Assembly: GCA_003646745.1 (NCBI GenBank)
Contig: QMLM01000001.1
Coordinates: forward strand, 1-30,486
Reading direction: 5' to 3'
From: Deltaproteobacteria bacterium
GTDB taxonomy: Bacteria; Desulfobacterota; B13-G15; RBG-16-54-18
Length of the DNA stretch: 30,486 nt
Shown: positions 25,464-30,486 of the stretch, in pieces
Layout: every line of letters starts with the position of its first letter
Position numbering within the stretch: the first letter of the stretch is position 1
Program-made: the position numbers and the translations under genes
The notes under the pieces: model-generated
The model's database searches: none
What the model was told of the DNA's origin: nothing
The model's input: the letters and a program-made list of their open reading frames with translations, nothing else

Positions 25464-27578
25464 TTGGCTAGATTGATACCATTGGAAAGGGTCAGAAATA
25501 TCGGGATTATGGCCCATATAGACGCCGGCAAGACCACTACCACCGAGCGAATACTCTATTACACTGGTGTCTCTTATAGGATGGGCGAGGTACATGAAGG
25601 TTCGGCGATAATGGACTGGATGCAGCAAGAGCAAGAAAGGGGTATCACCATCACCTCTGCAGCGACCACCTGTTTCTGGCGCGAGCATCGCATCAATATT
25701 ATAGATACCCCTGGTCATGTAGACTTCACCATGGAAGTGGAAAGGTCGCTGCGGGTACTGGATGGAGCTATCGCCATCTTCTGCGCGGTGGCTGGAGTCG
25801 AGCCCCAATCCGAGACCGTCTGGCGGCAGGCAGAAAAATATGGAATCCCCCGAATCGCCTTCGTCAACAAGATGGATAGGGTGGGTGCGGACTATTGGAG
25901 GACCATCCAGATGATGAAGGATCGATTAAATGCTCGCCCTCTCCCCCTGCAGCTCCCCTTGGGGAAAGAGGAGGATTTCGTCGGGATCATCGACTTGGTA
26001 GAGATGAGGGCTGTTGTCTACGATGCCACCACCTTGGGGGCTCGATACCACTTTATAGAGATACCTGCGGATATGAAGGATGAGGCCTTGAGGCATCGGG
26101 AGCTGATCTTGGAGGTGGCGGCAGAGGTGGATGAATCTTTAATGGAAAAATACGTGGATGGCTCAGAAATCACCCCGGCGGAGATCAAGGGGGCCATCAG
26201 ACAGGCCACATTGAGGCTTGAGGTGGTACCGGTGCTGTGTGGGGCGGCCTTCAAGAACCGAGGGGTTCAACCCCTGCTTGACGCAGTGGTTGACTATCTC
26301 CCCTCTCCCCTGGATGTCCCCGAGATTGAGGGAAGCAGACCCGATAGAGGGGTGGAAAGAAGGCGTCCTGCTGACGATGAGCCTTTCTCCGCCTTGGCCT
26401 TTAAGCTCATGAACGATCCTTTTGTGGGGCATCTCACCTATCTGAGAATCTACTCGGGCTCTCTACGGGCAGGCAGTACTGTATACAACGCCACCCGTGC
26501 AAGGCAGGAGAGAATAGGAAGACTCCTTAAGATGCACGCCAACAAAAGAGAGGAGATCAAGGAGGTATACGCCGGAGATATCGTGGCTGCAGTCGGCTTG
26601 AAGAATACCTCCACCGGCGATACCCTCTCAGACAAGGAACATCCCATCATCTTAGAGGCCATTGAATTCCCGGAGCCGGTCATTTCGGTCTCCATAGAGC
26701 CCAAGACTAAGGCAGACCTGGACAAACTAGCAGCGGCGTTGCATAAACTGGCCTTAGAAGATCCCTCCTTTCGAGTCAAGACCGATGAGGAGACAGGACA
26801 AACCTTAATCTCAGGAATGGGGGAGTTGCACCTGGAGGTCATCGTAGACCGACTCCTTCGTGAGTTTAAGGTAGATGCACGTGTAGGAACCCCTGAGGTT
26901 AGCTATCGAGAGGCCATCACGAAGACTGTAGAGGGAGAGGGAAGATATATCAAACAGACAGGGGGGCGTGGACAGTACGGGCATGTGGTACTGAGATTAG
27001 AACCCCTTGAACCTGGAGCTGGATTTGAGTTTATAAACAAGGTGACGGGAGGGGCCATACCCAAGGAATTTATCCCCGCCGTGGAACAAGGCCTCAGAGA
27101 GGCGATGCAACGAGGGGTCCTTGCCGGCTATCCCTTAATTGATTTGAGGGTCACCCTCCTGGATGGTTCTTATCACGAAGTGGACTCCTCAGACCTCGCC
27201 TTTAAGATAGCGGCCTCTGTAGGCCTCAAAGATCTTGCCCTTAAAGCGAACCCCATCATATTGGAACCCATTATGTCGCTGGAGGTCGTCTTACCTGAGG
27301 AGTTCCTGGGAGAGGTAATAGGCGATCTCAACGCCAGGAGAGGCAAGATCTGTGGTATTGACGCCCGCAAGGGGATCCAAGTAATAGAGGCGGAGGTCCC
27401 CTTGGCTGAGATGTTCGGTTATGCAACCGATCTGCGCTCCCTGACCCAGGGCAGGGCCAACTACACTATGCAGTTTTCCCAATACAAACCCTTGTCCCCT
27501 GCTATAATGGAGGCGATAATTGCCCACCGAAGGGGCGTTGGATTACCCTTAATTTCAAAAAGGAAGGAGGTCATCTGA
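25464..27578 (+). CDS. fusA: Elongation factor G
   Basis: [32 protein letters not shown] and DTPGHVDF motifs; TTG start; stop overlaps the tuf start. Confidence 0.99.
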   Translation: MARLIPLERVRNIGIMAHIDAGKTTTTERILYYTGVSYRMGEVHEGSAIMDWMQQEQERGITITSAATTCFWREHRINIIDTPGHVDFTMEVERSLRVLDGAIAIFCAVAGVEPQSETVWRQAEKYGIPRIAFVNKMDRVGADYWRTIQMMKDRLNARPLPLQLPLGKEEDFVGIIDLVEMRAVVYDATTLGARYHFIEIPADMKDEALRHRELILEVAAEVDESLMEKYVDGSEITPAEIKGAIRQATLRLEVVPVLCGAAFKNRGVQPLLDAVVDYLPSPLDVPEIEGSRPDRGVERRRPADDEPFSALAFKLMNDPFVGHLTYLRIYSGSLRAGSTVYNATRARQERIGRLLKMHANKREEIKEVYAGDIVAAVGLKNTSTGDTLSDKEHPIILEAIEFPEPVISVSIEPKTKADLDKLAAALHKLALEDPSFRVKTDEETGQTLISGMGELHLEVIVDRLLREFKVDARVGTPEVSYREAITKTVEGEGRYIKQTGGRGQYGHVVLRLEPLEPGAGFEFINKVTGGAIPKEFIPAVEQGLREAMQRGVLAGYPLIDLRVTLLDGSYHEVDSSDLAFKIAASVGLKDLALKANPIILEPIMSLEVVLPEEFLGEVIGDLNARRGKICGIDARKGIQVIEAEVPLAEMFGYATDLRSLTQGRANYTMQFSQYKPLSPAIMEAIIAHRRGVGLPLISKRKEVI

Positions 27579-28777
27579 TGTCGAAGCCTAAGTTTGAGCG
27601 TCGTAAGCCTCATGTGAACATAGGGACTATTGGGCATGTGGATCATGGTAAGACTACTTTGACGAGTGCGATAACGAAGGTATTGAATTTGCGTCAGTTG
27701 GCGGATTATATGCCGTTTGATCAGATTGACAAGGCGCCGGAGGAGAAGGAGCGGGGTTTGACGATAGCGATTGCGCATGTGGAGTATGAGACTGAGAAGC
27801 GTCATTATGCGCACATAGATTGTCCTGGTCATGCGGATTATATTAAGAATATGATCACGGGGGCGGCGCAGATGGATGGTACTATTTTGGTGGTTTCGGC
27901 GGCGGATGGTCCGATGCCGCAGACCAGGGAGCATGTGTTGTTGGCCAAGCAGGTGAGGGTTCCTTCTGTAGTGGTTTTTTTGAACAAGGTGGACATGGTG
28001 GATGATGTGGAGTTGTTGGATTTGGTGGAGTTGGAGGTGCGGGAGTTATTGAGTGGTTATGATTTTCCTGGGGATGAGGTGCCTGTGGTGCGGGGTAGTG
28101 CTTTGCGGGCTTTGGAGAGTGATTCTAGGGATCCTGATGCGCCGGAGTATGAGTGTATATGGGAGTTGTTGAGGGCGGTGGATGAGTTTATACCTGAGCC
28201 GGTGCGGGATGTGGAGAAGGATTTTTTGATGCCGATAGAGGATGTCTTTAGTATATCTGGTCGGGGTACGGTGGTTACTGGTCGTGTGGAGCGTGGTGTG
28301 GTGAAGGTGGGAGATGAGGTGGAGATAGTGGGTATACGTCCTACGGCCAAGACGGTGGTCACGGGTGTGGAGATGTTTCGTAAGGTGTTGGATGAGGGGC
28401 GTGCTGGTGACAACATAGGGGTGTTGTTGCGGGGTATCAAGCGTGATGAGGTGGAGCGTGGTCAGGTCTTGGCTCGGCCTGGCAGTATTACTCCTCATCG
28501 TAACTTTAGGGGTGAGGTCTATGTATTGACGAAGGAGGAGGGTGGTCGTCATACGCCCTTTTTCAGTGGGTATCGTCCTCAGTTTTATTTTCGTACTACT
28601 GATGTCACGGGGGTGGTGACCTTGCCTGAGGGTGTGGAGATGGTGATGCCTGGGGACAATGTGAATTTGCAGGTGGAGTTGATCACCTCTATCGCCTTGG
28701 AGAGGGAGTTGAGGTTTGCCATCCGGGAGGGCGGCCGCACAGTAGGGGCAGGCGTGGTCACCGAAATCCTGGAATAA
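27578..28777 (+). CDS. tuf: Elongation factor Tu
   Basis: [21 protein letters not shown] and [13 protein letters not shown] motifs. Confidence 0.99.
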   Translation: MSKPKFERRKPHVNIGTIGHVDHGKTTLTSAITKVLNLRQLADYMPFDQIDKAPEEKERGLTIAIAHVEYETEKRHYAHIDCPGHADYIKNMITGAAQMDGTILVVSAADGPMPQTREHVLLAKQVRVPSVVVFLNKVDMVDDVELLDLVELEVRELLSGYDFPGDEVPVVRGSALRALESDSRDPDAPEYECIWELLRAVDEFIPEPVRDVEKDFLMPIEDVFSISGRGTVVTGRVERGVVKVGDEVEIVGIRPTAKTVVTGVEMFRKVLDEGRAGDNIGVLLRGIKRDEVERGQVLARPGSITPHRNFRGEVYVLTKEEGGRHTPFFSGYRPQFYFRTTDVTGVVTLPEGVEMVMPGDNVNLQVELITSIALERELRFAIREGGRTVGAGVVTEILE

Positions 28778-28789
28778 AAGGCAAAAGAG

Positions 28790-28939
28790 ATGAGGATAAT
28801 CGTAACCCTTGCGTGCACAGAATGTAAAAGGAGGAATTATACTACCACGAAAAATAAAAAGACTAAGCCGGATAAGTTAGAGTTTAGAAAATATTGTCGT
28901 TTTTGCCAAAAGCATACACTTCACAGAGAGATAAAATAG
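28790..28939 (+). CDS. rpmG: 50S ribosomal protein L33 (Zn-binding, C+ form)
   Basis: Not in the ORF track. Manual translation [49 protein letters not shown], with two CxxC pairs. Confidence 0.97.
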   Translation: MRIIVTLACTECKRRNYTTTKNKKTKPDKLEFRKYCRFCQKHTLHREIK

Positions 28940-28992
28940 ACTCAGGGACTTTACAAAGGAAGGTCTCTCTGCCTTCTAATCTAAATAACTGT

Positions 28993-29069
28993 AGGCCAGT
29001 AGCTCGAACGGCTAGAGCACCGGACTCCAAATCCGGGGGTTGGGGGTTCGAATCCCTCCTGGCCTGCCA
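28993..29069 (+). tRNA. tRNA-Trp (CCA)
   Basis: Acceptor stem AGGCCAG/CTGGCCT, anticodon arm CCGGA-CTCCAAA-TCCGG, TTCGAAT T-loop, encoded CCA end; usual rpmG-secE position. Confidence 0.97.
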
Positions 29070-29137
29070 GTGTTCCTTTTTTATTCTTTCCGAGTACCTT
29101 TTTATTCCTGGGTCAGGAGTTGAAGGAAGGGTATTTG

Positions 29138-29335
29138 ATGGCTGTTGATATAAAAAAATTCATTCAATTCCTAAAGGAGGTCAAGATTGAGCTCAAGCGG
29201 GTTACTTGGCCTTCCCGTAAAGAGACGTTGGCGGGGACAGCGGTGGTGCTGGTCATCGTCTTCATCACAGCCTTCTTTTTAGGGATTGTGGACTTGGGGC
29301 TTTCCAAGTTGATCAAAATAATCCTCAGTGGTTGA
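29138..29335 (+). CDS. secE: Preprotein translocase subunit SecE
   Basis: FLKEVKIELKRVTWPSRKET followed by one TM helix. Confidence 0.97.
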   Translation: MAVDIKKFIQFLKEVKIELKRVTWPSRKETLAGTAVVLVIVFITAFFLGIVDLGLSKLIKIILSG

Positions 29336-29371
29336 TCTCAAAATAGCATCGGTTGTAGGAAGGTATTTGTT

Positions 29372-29935
29372 ATGGCCCAAAGGTGGTATATCGTCCATAC
29401 CTATTCTGGATATGAGAATAAGGTGAAGGCCTCTCTGGAGGAGAGGATCAGGAAGTTTGAGGAGGAAAAGGAGAAACAAGGGGAGAAAGGTGCACGAGGT
29501 AAATATTTCTCTGAGATCTTGGTTCCCACGGAGACGGTAATAGAGCTGGTTAAAGGGAAAAAGAAGACCTCCTCCCGCAAGATTTTTCCCGGCTATGTCT
29601 TGGTAAAGATGGAGCTAAATGACGAGACCTGGCATGTGGTGAAAGATACACCAAAGGTAACAGGGTTTGCAGGCAGTCGAACCAACCCAACCCCCCTTTC
29701 CGATAAGGAGGCGGAGGAGCTCATAGCCCAAATTACAGAAGGCGCCTATACCCCCAAACCGAAGGTCACCTTCAACGAGGGGGAGAGCGTGCGGGTGATC
29801 GATGGTCCGTTTACCAACTTTGTGGGGACTGTTCAGGAGGTAAGGCCAGATAAGAGGAAGGTGAAGGTTCTGATCAGCATCTTCGGCAGAGCGACTCCCA
29901 TAGAATTGGACTTTATTCAGATAGAACGCAATTGA
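29372..29935 (+). CDS. nusG: Transcription termination/antitermination factor NusG
   Basis: [22 protein letters not shown] motif VRVIDGPF, and [12 protein letters not shown]. Confidence 0.99.
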   Translation: MAQRWYIVHTYSGYENKVKASLEERIRKFEEEKEKQGEKGARGKYFSEILVPTETVIELVKGKKKTSSRKIFPGYVLVKMELNDETWHVVKDTPKVTGFAGSRTNPTPLSDKEAEELIAQITEGAYTPKPKVTFNEGESVRVIDGPFTNFVGTVQEVRPDKRKVKVLISIFGRATPIELDFIQIERN

Positions 29936-29948
29936 TGACGGAGGCATT

Positions 29949-30377
29949 ATGGCGAAAAAAAAGGAGGTAATGGGTTCTATAAAGCTCCAGATCCCGGCTG
30001 GACAGGCCACCCCCTCTCCCCCCGTGGGTCCTGCCCTGGGGCAGTATGGCCTTAACATTATGGAATTTTGCAAGGCCTTTAACGAAAAGACAAAAGGCCA
30101 AGAGGGGACCATTATTCCTGTGGTCATTACGGTCTATACCGATAGAACATATAGCTTTGTTACCAAGACTCCACCCACTCCGATCCTTTTAAAACAAGCC
30201 GCCAAGATCGCTAAGGGATCTGGAGAGCCCAACAGGAACAAGGTGGGCAAAGTTACCAAGGATCAGATCAGAGAGATTGCTCAGATCAAGATGCCTGATC
30301 TCAACGCCAATGATCTGGAAGGGGCCATTAAGATGATCGAGGGGACGGCCAAGAGTATGGGAATAGAGATTGTGTGA
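29949..30377 (+). CDS. rplK: 50S ribosomal protein L11
   Basis: [31 protein letters not shown]. Confidence 0.99.
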   Translation: MAKKKEVMGSIKLQIPAGQATPSPPVGPALGQYGLNIMEFCKAFNEKTKGQEGTIIPVVITVYTDRTYSFVTKTPPTPILLKQAAKIAKGSGEPNRNKVGKVTKDQIREIAQIKMPDLNANDLEGAIKMIEGTAKSMGIEIV

Positions 30378-30388
30378 GGTAAGGGACA

Positions 30389-30486
30389 ATGGGCAAGAGG
30401 GGTAAAAAATACGAAGAGGCCAGAAAGAAGGTCGATAGGACTAAAAGGTATGACTTGGAGGAGGCCTTACATCTACTGCCAGAAAC
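30389..30486 (+). CDS. rplA: 50S ribosomal protein L1, N-terminal part; runs off the right edge
   Basis: MGKRGKKYEEARKKVDRTKRYDLEEAL immediately after rplK. Confidence 0.93.
   Translation, partial: MGKRGKKYEEARKKVDRTKRYDLEEALHLLPE

Noticed and set aside
27461-28552. Minus-strand ORFs rich in His/Thr/Leu opposite tuf
   Set aside because: By-product of the G/T codon bias of tuf, which removes stop codons on the opposite strand.
28894-29148. 84-aa plus-strand ORF
   Set aside because: Overlaps rpmG and tRNA-Trp; spurious.
1-30486. CRISPR arrays, IS elements, integrases, prophage genes, rRNA, tRNA-Sec or sel genes
   Set aside because: No repeat-spacer pattern, transposase, integrase or phage motifs, and no such RNA genes were seen. 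The Sec machinery, if present, lies outside this window.

Overview
Bacterial chromosomal window of an anaerobe. A Desulfobacterota/deltaproteobacteria-like origin is inferred from the SfrAB-like and nuo genes, not proven. There are three blocks. (1) 1-19694, minus strand, a co-oriented energy-metabolism block: nuoA-nuoB-nuoCD-[sfrB-like, sfrA-like]-nuoHIJKLMN, then a six-gene cassette (DRTGG, RsbT-like kinase, degenerate [FeFe]-hydrogenase-like protein, DRTGG, PHP phosphoesterase, stand-alone HATPase), then HndA/HndB/HndC (HydC/D/B)-type diaphorase subunits running off the left edge. (2) 19938-24388, plus strand, a lipid-modification-like group: acyl-CoA dehydratase activase, B12-binding radical SAM, LpxL-family acyltransferase, UPF0104 membrane protein. 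(3) 24592-30486, plus strand: rpsL-rpsG-fusA-tuf-rpmG-tRNA-Trp-secE-nusG-rplK-rplA(partial). The main discovery concerns nuoB, which the ORF track truncates. It has an in-frame TGA exactly at the first of the tandem cysteines that ligate cluster N2 (FGLA-U-CALEMM), followed by a SECIS-like hairpin, so it is a candidate selenocysteine-containing NuoB. The same complex I lacks NuoEFG and carries a GltD-like flavoprotein plus a NuoG/Fdh-alpha-like protein resembling Geobacter SfrB/SfrA in that slot, a probable NADPH-input module. All family calls come from motif recognition by eye; no searches were run.
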